A stretch of DNA of 64,000 nt from a virus, in IMG/VR virus record IMGVR_UViG_3300029203_000004; one strand, given 5' to 3'. The position numbers and the translations under genes were made by a program. How positions within the stretch are numbered: position 1 is the first letter of the stretch; each line of letters starts with the position of its first letter. The notes under the pieces are model-generated. The model ran no database searches and was not told the origin of the DNA. It saw only the letters and a list, made by a program, of their open reading frames with translations. This document shows positions 54,088-61,922 of this stretch, piece after piece.

Positions 54088-54747
54088 TTAATTATACAAT
54101 GTGTAACGGAAAACGCAAGGATATGATTCATCATCCTTCATCGCCTTTTTAATTGCCGGAGCTACTGGCGGAATACGTTTTTCCAAAATCTCACTTGTCA
54201 CCATCCATGCACCGTTGAAAGGATAGAGAGTGGCACCGGGAATGGTGTCAACATCATAAGGCAGGATAGCATTAGGAATAACCTTGAATTTTGCGCTAGC
54301 ACCAACCTGTGTAACTTCAACCAAAATATCGGTCAATTCCAATTTACCTGCATCCCCGGACAATGTAAGGATGTCATATTCGTCATGAGACGAATCAATA
54401 GCGTTAATGGTATAACCAGTTGTAGTACCTGCGGCAGTAGTAGGTGCTTTACCGACAACCATGCCAACCTTGGCAACTGTATTACCTATGATTTTTTCAA
54501 CTTTTACCGTAGCACCAGAATCCGATTTCTCGTACATTCTGAATGAATAGTGAATGTCACCGCCATTCTGCTTTGAGGAATCACATTTAATCATGGTACC
54601 AGCCGGAAGTTTGTTCCCAACTGTAGGCATACGTTCTACTGGAACGTTACATCCTACCAACAGTACGTGCAAAGACGTATCATTAGAAAAGATATGTCTT
54701 GCGCCACCAATCTTACTATAACTTGTTGCAAGAACTCCTGCTTTCAT
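54088..54747 (-). CDS. Putative head decoration or auxiliary capsid protein
   Basis: 219-aa beta-rich ORF between the scaffold and the MCP; synteny only. Confidence 0.4.
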   Translation of the reverse strand: MKAGVLATSYSKIGGARHIFSNDTSLHVLLVGCNVPVERMPTVGNKLPAGTMIKCDSSKQNGGDIHYSFRMYEKSDSGATVKVEKIIGNTVAKVGMVVGKAPTTAAGTTTGYTINAIDSSHDEYDILTLSGDAGKLELTDILVEVTQVGASAKFKVIPNAILPYDVDTIPGATLYPFNGAWMVTSEILEKRIPPVAPAIKKAMKDDESYPCVFRYTLYN

Positions 54748-54758
54748 AATTAAAAAAA

Positions 54759-55511
54759 CTATTTGTTAATTTTACTGTAATATCGGCTGACAATGTTGTT
54801 TTCCTTGTTAGCCTTATCTTCTTCTCTCTTTCTATCTATGAATGACTTTACATCGCTAGAACCACCCTTGTCAGAGATGAAAGGATTAATGCCATCCTTT
54901 GTGTATTTAGTACACGTTTCATTGTACTTTCCCTGTATTTTCAGAAGAATGCTTGTATCTTCCTCTTCGGGCGAAATCTGAATGTTCTCAAAAATGATGT
55001 TGCGCAACAACTCGTTAGGCATACCTGCTTCCGGGCGTTTAATCAAATCAGACAGCTTCTTGCGCTTTTCAGTTACAATCTGCTTCTGCTTTTCCTCCTG
55101 CTCTTTAGCTTCAAACTCTTTCTTGAACTTTTCAAACTCTTCAAGTTTAGCCTTGACATCATCGGGCAACTCAAACTGTTTCTGTTCTGATGATGGTGGT
55201 TGTTGTTGTGGCGGTTGTTGTTGTGACGAATGTGATTTTTCCCATTCCTTTTTCAAGTTGGATATCTCCTGTTCCTTGATTGTATCCCACTCTTTGCGCT
55301 TATCAGACGCAAACGCTCTTACCTGACCTGCCACAGTGTTCTTTAAATGATTCACAACACTTTCATTCCAGAACTTTTCCGCATTTTCCTGCGGTGCGAA
55401 CGCTGAGAACTCATTAATTGTCTGTTCGATTGTACGATCTGTAATAACGGAGCTACTTTCTCCCAACGCATTCTTGATACCTTCAAAAATGACTTTTACA
55501 TTTTCATCCAT
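54759..55511 (-). CDS. Putative scaffolding protein
   Basis: 250 aa, highly charged and helical (QQQPPQQQPP, EEKQKQ...), first gene of the head operon. Confidence 0.55.
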   Translation of the reverse strand: MDENVKVIFEGIKNALGESSSVITDRTIEQTINEFSAFAPQENAEKFWNESVVNHLKNTVAGQVRAFASDKRKEWDTIKEQEISNLKKEWEKSHSSQQQPPQQQPPSSEQKQFELPDDVKAKLEEFEKFKKEFEAKEQEEKQKQIVTEKRKKLSDLIKRPEAGMPNELLRNIIFENIQISPEEEDTSILLKIQGKYNETCTKYTKDGINPFISDKGGSSDVKSFIDRKREEDKANKENNIVSRYYSKINK

Positions 55512-55628
55512 ATACTATTTATTTTTTATGTGATTCATGCACAAGACCTTTGCGCACAGTAAGTACCTCTTACCGATGCAAATGTAGTTAAAAAATGTGT
55601 ATAAGCAAAAAAATATTTAAAAAAATAT

Positions 55629-55636
55629 TATATTTG
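55629..55636 (+). promoter_or_regulatory. -7 promoter box (TAtaTTTG) for terminase
   Basis: Exact match 19 nt upstream of the ATG at 55655, in the divergent gap. Confidence 0.4.
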
Positions 55637-55654
55637 CGGGATACATAGAAAACG

Positions 55655-57370
55655 ATGGAAGAAATTGACTTAAAATACCGAGGATTAAAGACTAAGGATG
55701 TTGTCAAATCGCTGAAACGATATGGCAAAAGGGGAATCATACCATATAAAAGCCTTGATTTCGTCCAAAGATATATAGAGGACAGAAGAAGCAAGGGGTA
55801 CAAGGTAAATATGCTTGCCCCACAGAAAGGTTCACAGGAGGCATTTCTAAGGAACAGGGCAGGGATAAAGATACTTCACGGGAATCGTGGGGGAGGAAAA
55901 TCCGTATGCCTTGGAATGGATATACTGAGTTCATGCAACCATCCGTCATTTTCCGCACTTGTTTTCCGTAAGGACAAGACATCCGCAGAAAAAGCGGACG
56001 GTATTCTTAAAGTGGTTTCAAAGATGGTTGAACCTTATGGTGAGTATATTGATTCAAAACGCCTTTCAAGACTTGACGCAGGAGGTGAAATACGATATGA
56101 TTATTTCGGTGATGCCTGCCTGTCGGGAGAAAAAGGCGTAAATGAATTTAAGGATAGACAACAGGGTGGTAACGTTGTGAAGGTGGCGATAGACGAGTGC
56201 TCACAGGCAACGGAACCTATCATAAACTACCTTCAAACGGTATTGCGTTCATCATCAGGACTAAGAACAAGTCTTATAGGCGCGTGCAACCCAAATCCGT
56301 ACAGCGATTTCTGGAGAGCAATGGTATCATGGTGGGTAGACGATGATGGAATAGCAATTCCAGAAAGATCGGGGAAAGTAAGATATTTCTTTCAATATGG
56401 AGATACTATACATGAAACAGCATGGGGTGACAGCCCACAAGAAGTATTTGCTCAGGCAAAAGATTATATCATCGCAAGATTCGGTAAAAATACCAAAATT
56501 GACGAAACAAACTGTAAAAGATACATCAAGAGCATAACCTTTATAGCTTCCGGGCTGGAAGATAACAAGATACTTATGGCTTCCAATCCCGACTATCAGA
56601 AAAACCTTGGAGGAACAGCACAGGAAGTATCCATAAACGCATTAGGTTCATGGAAGCTGATAAAAGGGGGAAACGAGTGGATAACCCGTGACGAAATGGA
56701 GGAAATGTTCTCATCGCAGCCTGTGTTTGACGATTACTTTGAATGTGCTACACTGGATATAGCATACGGTCTTGGTGACGTTTGTGTAATGGGGCACTTC
56801 ATAGGACATCACTTACAAGACCTGGAATGGTCAAACACATTAAAGCCAAGGGATTTAAACCGATGGGTAAGAAACAATCTACGGAAATGGGGAATCGGTG
56901 AAAACAGACTGGCATTTGACGGTCTTGGAGCACCTACATTTCGTGACGCATTCCCCGAAAGCCTGGCAATACTTAGAGGCGTTCCGAAAAGACTAGACAA
57001 AAGCAAGGATGATCAGCCTGTAAGATTCTATTTCGATCTAAGGGCACAGCTTGCCGATGAGATGGTAACACGTATAAAAGGAACAAACCTAGGATATTGC
57101 GGATTCAGTATAAACCCGGAACTTCTTGACAAACCGTATGTGAACAAAACAATACGGGAAGCACTGATGGATCAGAGAAGAGCAATAAGACGTGACGTGG
57201 AAAGGGAAAACGGGAAACTAAGACTGCTGAAAAAACAGGAGGCAAAAAAGATTGTAGGATGCTCGCCCGACTTGATAGAAGGAACATTTTTATACAGGAC
57301 ATATTTTGATATATGCGATGTAATGATTGACATACCTAACGATATAATGGATGAATTAAAATATTTATAA
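55655..57370 (+). CDS. terL: Terminase large subunit
   Basis: Walker A GNRGGGKS, Walker B VKVAIDECSQ; 571 aa; followed by the portal. No small-subunit ORF is seen upstream. Confidence 0.85.
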   Translation: MEEIDLKYRGLKTKDVVKSLKRYGKRGIIPYKSLDFVQRYIEDRRSKGYKVNMLAPQKGSQEAFLRNRAGIKILHGNRGGGKSVCLGMDILSSCNHPSFSALVFRKDKTSAEKADGILKVVSKMVEPYGEYIDSKRLSRLDAGGEIRYDYFGDACLSGEKGVNEFKDRQQGGNVVKVAIDECSQATEPIINYLQTVLRSSSGLRTSLIGACNPNPYSDFWRAMVSWWVDDDGIAIPERSGKVRYFFQYGDTIHETAWGDSPQEVFAQAKDYIIARFGKNTKIDETNCKRYIKSITFIASGLEDNKILMASNPDYQKNLGGTAQEVSINALGSWKLIKGGNEWITRDEMEEMFSSQPVFDDYFECATLDIAYGLGDVCVMGHFIGHHLQDLEWSNTLKPRDLNRWVRNNLRKWGIGENRLAFDGLGAPTFRDAFPESLAILRGVPKRLDKSKDDQPVRFYFDLRAQLADEMVTRIKGTNLGYCGFSINPELLDKPYVNKTIREALMDQRRAIRRDVERENGKLRLLKKQEAKKIVGCSPDLIEGTFLYRTYFDICDVMIDIPNDIMDELKYL

Positions 57371-57376
57371 TTACCT

Positions 57377-58900
57377 ATGGAAATTTTAAAATTAGACGTT
57401 TTATTACGAAAAGAACCGTTCAAAGTGGCACTTCCGTCAAGATGTGACGATGGGAGAGGTGGAGGAACAAAGAAAAAGCCAAGACGCTCCACTTTGATAT
57501 ACAAATATATGTCACAGGATGATTTCCTAGCGCAATGGGATACATCAGGACATTATATACATAACAGACCCGACTGGAAAGACAGTATCCCGTCAGACGA
57601 GGATGCCACATCATCGGATGATGAAAGCGCGAATGTAGGTGCTCAGAAAAGAAAAAAGAAATTGGCATCAACTCCATACGTACTGCAAAGACGAGCATTT
57701 CCTCTTCAAAGGATGATACATAAGAAAAGGGTATCACACCTGTGTACCAATCCTCTTAAATTTCAGATAAAGAAAAGCGCGTCAAACCAGCAGAACAGGG
57801 ATAAGCTGACAACATACAAGGAATACTGGACTGATTCTCTCATGGAAACAGCCAAGTTTGAACTTATAAGCGAAGCCGGAAAGGTAGGGGATGCTGCCAT
57901 ATATATATATAAGGATAAGGACGAGATAAAATACAGGTCTTTCAGCTACTCAAAAGGAGATATACTGTATGAACATAAAAACAGAAGAGGGGAAAGAATA
58001 GCTTTCGCAAGGGAATATACAACCACATACATATCGGCTGACGGAGAAGAACATACAGACACACTTGTCGATGTATGGACTAAAGATGAGTTTTACACGC
58101 TTGATTCCAACGGAGATATAGCAACGGATATTGACGAAAACGGAAATATCATACAACTGCATCAATTCCATAACCTTGGATTTATACCTGTAGTATATCT
58201 ACGGCTTGAACTTCCATTTTGGGGGGCAGTACAGGACTTGATAGACGATTTCGAGTTCTTAATGTCCATGATAGGAGAATACAACACACGACAGGCATTC
58301 CAAATGCTACTTATCAAGACAAACGGAAGAATAAACATTCAAAGAAACGGATTGGGAGGAACTTCCATTTTACGTGTAGGAGCAGAAGATGATGCACAAT
58401 TCATGGGTAAAATGGACGCTTCAAACTCACTTTTCACCGAAATAGATAACATATACAACGGGATACTTGACGGAAGCGGTGTCGTTCCGCCAATGCAATC
58501 ATCGTCAGGTGACAGACCTACTGGAACAACGGCAATGTATTACGAGCCGGAAATGGAATGGGCGAGAAGTGATGCACAAATGATGAATACAGCCATAAAT
58601 GACATGGCCAATATATTCAAATACTATGTAGGAGTAATGGAAGGTGACGCAACAGGTTATAACGCTCTAAGAATAAACGCTACCATAGAGCCATACTCAT
58701 ACATAGACTTCTCTGAATGGAACAATACACTCGTTCAACTTGTAAACTCCCGAATAATATCATTACAGACAGCAAGAGAAGAAAGTGACTTCTCTGCAAA
58801 TAATGAAGATGATAGAATGGACGAACAAGACAGAAGATTAAACGATATGGAAGCTAGGGTAGTGATAGAAGAAAACAACGAAAACAACGATAACAGCTAA
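57377..58900 (+). CDS. Portal protein
   Basis: 507 aa, immediately after terL. Acidic C-terminal tail. An alternative start at the internal MSQDDF is possible. Confidence 0.7.
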   Translation: MEILKLDVLLRKEPFKVALPSRCDDGRGGGTKKKPRRSTLIYKYMSQDDFLAQWDTSGHYIHNRPDWKDSIPSDEDATSSDDESANVGAQKRKKKLASTPYVLQRRAFPLQRMIHKKRVSHLCTNPLKFQIKKSASNQQNRDKLTTYKEYWTDSLMETAKFELISEAGKVGDAAIYIYKDKDEIKYRSFSYSKGDILYEHKNRRGERIAFAREYTTTYISADGEEHTDTLVDVWTKDEFYTLDSNGDIATDIDENGNIIQLHQFHNLGFIPVVYLRLELPFWGAVQDLIDDFEFLMSMIGEYNTRQAFQMLLIKTNGRINIQRNGLGGTSILRVGAEDDAQFMGKMDASNSLFTEIDNIYNGILDGSGVVPPMQSSSGDRPTGTTAMYYEPEMEWARSDAQMMNTAINDMANIFKYYVGVMEGDATGYNALRINATIEPYSYIDFSEWNNTLVQLVNSRIISLQTAREESDFSANNEDDRMDEQDRRLNDMEARVVIEENNENNDNS

Positions 58901-58903
58901 ACT

Positions 58904-59179
58904 ATGGGAAAATTTACGAACTTACTAAGAAAAATAAGAAGGGCATTAGACTATATATGCCTTAACAATTTGAGAGTTGACGGAATGGAACACCTCATTG
59001 CAGGAATACTTGTAGTAAGCATGGCGCAATGGTTTTTCTCCGTATGGACAGCAATAGCACTAACCTTGTTCATTCTTGTAGGAAAAGAAATCGTCTACGA
59101 TAAGTGGCTTAGACAAGGAGTGCCCGAATGGAGAGATGTATTCTGGGGAGCAGTAGGTATGGTGCTTGGATTAATGTAA
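58904..59179 (+). CDS. Small membrane protein (holin-like topology)
   Basis: 91 aa with hydrophobic spans HLIAGILVVSMAQWFFSVWTAIALTLFILVG and FWGAVGMVLGLM. Confidence 0.45.
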   Translation: MGKFTNLLRKIRRALDYICLNNLRVDGMEHLIAGILVVSMAQWFFSVWTAIALTLFILVGKEIVYDKWLRQGVPEWRDVFWGAVGMVLGLM

Positions 59180-59232
59180 AAAAAATCACACCACAAGTTT
59201 TGATATATAAAAAATTATGCTTTTCTTTGTGG

Positions 59233-59418
59233 TGAACGTCATAACATAATAATATTTGGCAAAATAAATCGAACAGATTTTGTACAAGATATTAAGAATC
59301 CCTCTAAGGTGGCAGAAAGGAAACAATCTGCGACTTCTATGCCCTGCGTATGTTGTGACGTTCACACCTACGGAGGGTTTCTTTTTATCACAATTCGTTA
59401 AAATATGAACGTCACAAC
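59233..59418 (+). promoter_or_regulatory. Three copies of a 13-mer (TGAACGTCAYAAC) plus a structured leader upstream of and over the antirepressor start
   Basis: 59233-59245 TGAACGTCATAAC. 59352-59364 GTTGTGACGTTCA is the inverted copy. 59406-59418 TGAACGTCACAAC overlaps the ATG at 59405. CCCTCTAAGGTG (59300-59311) pairs with CACCTACGGAGGG (59365-59377) and is followed by TTTCTTTTT. Confidence 0.4.
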
Positions 59419-60160
59419 GAATGAACTTATTCCTATTAGTGATAATAACGGTAAGAGAGCCGTTAATGCACGTGATTTGCATTCTTTCCTTGAAAGTAAA
59501 AGGGATTTTTCAACATGGATTAAAGATCGCATTAAATCTTATGATTTTATTGAAGGTGTTGATTTTCAATCATTCACCGAAATTGTGGAGCGAGAAATAG
59601 GAGCTACAAAACGAATTGAATATGCTCTGTCAATCAGTATGGCAAAAGAGCTATCTATGATTGAGAACAACGAACGGGGAAGGCAAGCTAGAAAATATTT
59701 TATCGCATGTGAGGAAAACAAGCATGAGCTTTCCCGAAAGGAGCTTGCATTAATGGTAATACAAGCCGAAGAGGAAAAAGAACGGTTGGCTTTGGAGAAT
59801 AAAAAGCAACAGAAACAAATAGAAAAACTACAGCCCAAAGCGGACTTCGCCGACAAAGCCTTTGCAATGGAAGGCAAGTGCGATATAGGACAGGCGGCAA
59901 AGATACTTGGCTTGCCTTTTGGGAGAAACTCTTTGTTCAAGAAACTTCGTGAAGCAGGAGTATTCTTTGCTAATAGGAATGAGCCAAAACAGAAGTATAT
60001 TGATGCTGGGTATTTCGAGATGAAAGAAAAGCCTATTCCAAGAGAGAATCACCCAGGTTTTGTCGTGATGGTTGTTCTATGCACACAAAAAGGTCTTGCA
60101 TACATTAATCACCTGTTTGGCGGAAAACCGTCCGATGGAAAATTGGCGAGAATAGTATAG
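59405..60160 (+). CDS. Phage antirepressor (AntA-like N-domain + KilAC/ANT C-domain)
   Basis: NARDLHSFLESKRDFSTWIKDRIKSYDFIEGVDF (AntA-like). KADFADKAFAMEGKCDIGQAAKILGLPFGRNSLFKKLREAGVFF...KQKYIDAGYF (KilAC). Confidence 0.75.
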   Translation: MNVTTNELIPISDNNGKRAVNARDLHSFLESKRDFSTWIKDRIKSYDFIEGVDFQSFTEIVEREIGATKRIEYALSISMAKELSMIENNERGRQARKYFIACEENKHELSRKELALMVIQAEEEKERLALENKKQQKQIEKLQPKADFADKAFAMEGKCDIGQAAKILGLPFGRNSLFKKLREAGVFFANRNEPKQKYIDAGYFEMKEKPIPRENHPGFVVMVVLCTQKGLAYINHLFGGKPSDGKLARIV

Positions 60161-60192
60161 CACTGTACATAATGTATTATTACTAAAAAACA

Positions 60193-60216
60193 AGGAGCGA
60201 CAAAAACATCGCTCCT
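60193..60216. terminator. Bidirectional terminator hairpin
   Basis: AGGAGCGA-caaaaaca-TCGCTCCT 8-bp stem between convergent genes. Confidence 0.5.
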
Positions 60217-60240
60217 ATATTTCCTTTAACGTATAATTGA

Positions 60241-60669
60241 TCACTTTATCGTAACCCAAACCTGTTCGCCACGCTTTATCGCATCGTCAATCAACTTGTT
60301 CAATTTGTCAGAAGTATAGCGTGATTCGGTAAGCCTGCCTTTTGATGTATTGTTGCCTACAAGGATACACCCAGCAGAATCCTTTGCTGTATTCCCAGCG
60401 TGAAAAAGAATACCCTCAAAATGAGGCACATTCAACAACCTTGGCATATTACGCCCGAATTTTGGTGACCAGTTGTATATCACCTGGTATCTACCGTAAG
60501 GGATAGCAGATTCAGCATAAACCTTCTTCTCGTTTCCATCAAACACTCCATTCTTATTCACGTCAACAACACGATCTTCAAGCGTATTACTGAAAAACTC
60601 ACCATCAATATACAAACGCCCTATAGTATAATCAGGCTTACACCATTTTCTTTCTACTAATAGTTCCAT
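60241..60669 (-). CDS. DUF5675-like protein (possible cell-wall enzyme)
   Basis: TIGRLYIDGEFFSNTLED...AIPYGRYQV...LLNVPHFEGILFHAGNTAKDSAGCILVG matches my recollection of the DUF5675 family (H...GC signature reminiscent of YkuD-type enzymes). Confidence 0.65.
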   Translation of the reverse strand: MELLVERKWCKPDYTIGRLYIDGEFFSNTLEDRVVDVNKNGVFDGNEKKVYAESAIPYGRYQVIYNWSPKFGRNMPRLLNVPHFEGILFHAGNTAKDSAGCILVGNNTSKGRLTESRYTSDKLNKLIDDAIKRGEQVWVTIK

Positions 60670-60712
60670 AGTTAAAATGTATTTAGTTTTACAAAGTTAC
60701 AAAATAAACACA

Positions 60713-60720
60713 TACATTTG
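60713..60720 (+). promoter_or_regulatory. -7 promoter box (TAcaTTTG) for the Panacea-domain gene
   Basis: Exact match 38 nt upstream of the ATG at 60758. Confidence 0.4.
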
Positions 60721-60757
60721 CACACATAATAAAACATTTTATAAAGCATATACAAAA

Positions 60758-61198
60758 ATGTATAAATCAAGACAAATAGCAGATTGGATAATACATAAGA
60801 CACATGGCAATATAACACATTCAAAATTACAAAAATTGTTATATTATTGCCAAGCGTGGCATTATACAATTTTCAATGAGGTTTTATTTGATGAAAGAAT
60901 TGAAGCATGGGCGCACGGCCCTGTTGTACCATCCCAATTCAGCAGATTTAATAACATAGATTTTTTCCAAAACATAAAAGTAAAAGATTGTGAGAACATT
61001 AAACTGAAAAGTAAAACAGAACAATTACTGAACGAAGTTGTTGGAATATACAATAAATGTACTGATAGACACCTTGAATTATTGGTAAAAAGAGAAGATC
61101 CTTGGAGAGAAACAAGAGGGAATATACCAGAGTTTAAGAAATGCCAAAAAGAAATAAAATTGGACCTAATGAAACAATATTATATAAATCTAAATTAA
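60758..61198 (+). CDS. Panacea (DUF4065 / SocA / GepA-like) domain protein
   Basis: ITHSKLQKLLYYCQAWHYTIFNEVLFDERIEAWAHGPVVPSQF is the DUF4065 core pattern (KLQKLLYY...AW..GPV). ATG at 60758 preferred. Confidence 0.7.
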   Translation: MYKSRQIADWIIHKTHGNITHSKLQKLLYYCQAWHYTIFNEVLFDERIEAWAHGPVVPSQFSRFNNIDFFQNIKVKDCENIKLKSKTEQLLNEVVGIYNKCTDRHLELLVKREDPWRETRGNIPEFKKCQKEIKLDLMKQYYINLN

Positions 61199-61254
61199 AG
61201 TTGAAAACCCAATTTTTGTCGCATAAAACAGTTGGAAATATAAAACATTATATT

Positions 61255-61262
61255 TACCTTTG
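61255..61262 (+). promoter_or_regulatory. -7 promoter box (TAccTTTG) upstream of the orphan omega-RNA-like segment
   Basis: Exact TAnnTTTG match in ORF-free DNA, 68 nt upstream of 61330. It shares TACCTTTGCA.TAT with the box at 61695. Confidence 0.35.
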
Positions 61263-61329
61263 CATTATCATAAAGCATCCGTTAATGGATATAGCTTAAA
61301 TAGTTATTTTCATGCAAAAACTAAATTAG

Positions 61330-61428
61330 TATCACCCTTGGTAGAAGGGGTTGAGGACGTGGAGTGGTCGACAGTAGTCGGGGCGGTGAAGCGTCAATAT
61401 GTACGTATATAAACGTATATAATTACCT
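61330..61428 (+). ncRNA. Gene-less copy of the tnpB-2 3' end / right end (orphan omega-RNA scaffold or IS remnant)
   Basis: 99 nt with 5 mismatches to the reverse complement of 46674-46772. No tnpB ORF is attached. It is bracketed by a promoter box (61255) and a strong terminator (61434-61472). Confidence 0.55.
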
Positions 61429-61433
61429 TAATA

Positions 61434-61472
61434 AGCAAGAAATAGATTGGACCCTTTTTCTTGCTTTTTTTT
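61434..61472 (+). terminator. Rho-independent terminator
   Basis: AGCAAGAAA-(14 nt)-TTTCTTGCT 9-bp stem running into T8. Confidence 0.6.
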
Positions 61473-61643
61473 ATGTACAAACATAAAGTCATTGAATTAA
61501 GTCTTTCTTATAGAATCTATAGTTCCCATATTTTTAGGTATTACAAAACAATTAACATTATTTATCTATTTAAACATTGCAAATATATCATATTTTCTGT
61601 TACTTTGCACTATGTAAATGAACCATTACGATGTTTTTACTTT

Positions 61644-61686
61644 GGCAGCAGGCAGATGTGAATCTTTACTGTTGCCTTTTTTGTTT
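61644..61686 (+). terminator. Second rho-independent terminator in the non-coding block
   Basis: GGCAGCAG-(17 nt)-CTGTTGCC 8-bp stem (one G-U pair) followed by TTTTTTGTTT. Confidence 0.5.
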
Positions 61687-61694
61687 AAAATACA

Positions 61695-61702
61695 TACCTT
61701 TG
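61695..61702 (+). promoter_or_regulatory. -7 promoter box (TAccTTTG) only 4 nt from the ATG at 61707
   Basis: Exact TAnnTTTG match. The spacing implies a leaderless or near-leaderless transcript if it is used. Confidence 0.35.
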
Positions 61703-61706
61703 CACT

Positions 61707-61922
61707 ATGGACAACGAAAGAGAAATATTATCCAAACTTGACGCTATCATACAGAACCAAAAGGTTTTGTACGAGAATCAAATTGTAATCTTTCAAACTC
61801 TAGCATCAATCGGGCAAAAAGTTTACAGCCAAAGTGATTTCAAGAGTTTGATGATAAACATGGTAGCAAACGGTATAACAGAAAGAGTAGAATCCAATGA
61901 TCAACAAAGAAGAAATATCTAA
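61707..61922 (+). CDS. Hypothetical small protein
   Basis: 71-aa ATG ORF overlapping the next gene. Confidence 0.45.
   Translation: MDNEREILSKLDAIIQNQKVLYENQIVIFQTLASIGQKVYSQSDFKSLMINMVANGITERVESNDQQRRNI

Noticed and set aside
46674-61428. The two inverted 99-bp TnpB right-end copies as boundaries of an invertible 14.6-kb segment
   Set aside because: The present orientation gives a coherent head-to-tail late operon, and inversion would break it. There is no second junction evidence in a single sequence.
61461-61661. 66-aa ORF as the toxin partner of the Panacea-domain gene
   Set aside because: It starts inside one terminator and ends inside another. It is separated from the Panacea gene by a strong terminator, and its Tyr/Ile/Phe/Lys-rich composition is typical of random AT-rich frames. 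Mentioned only as a low-probability possibility.
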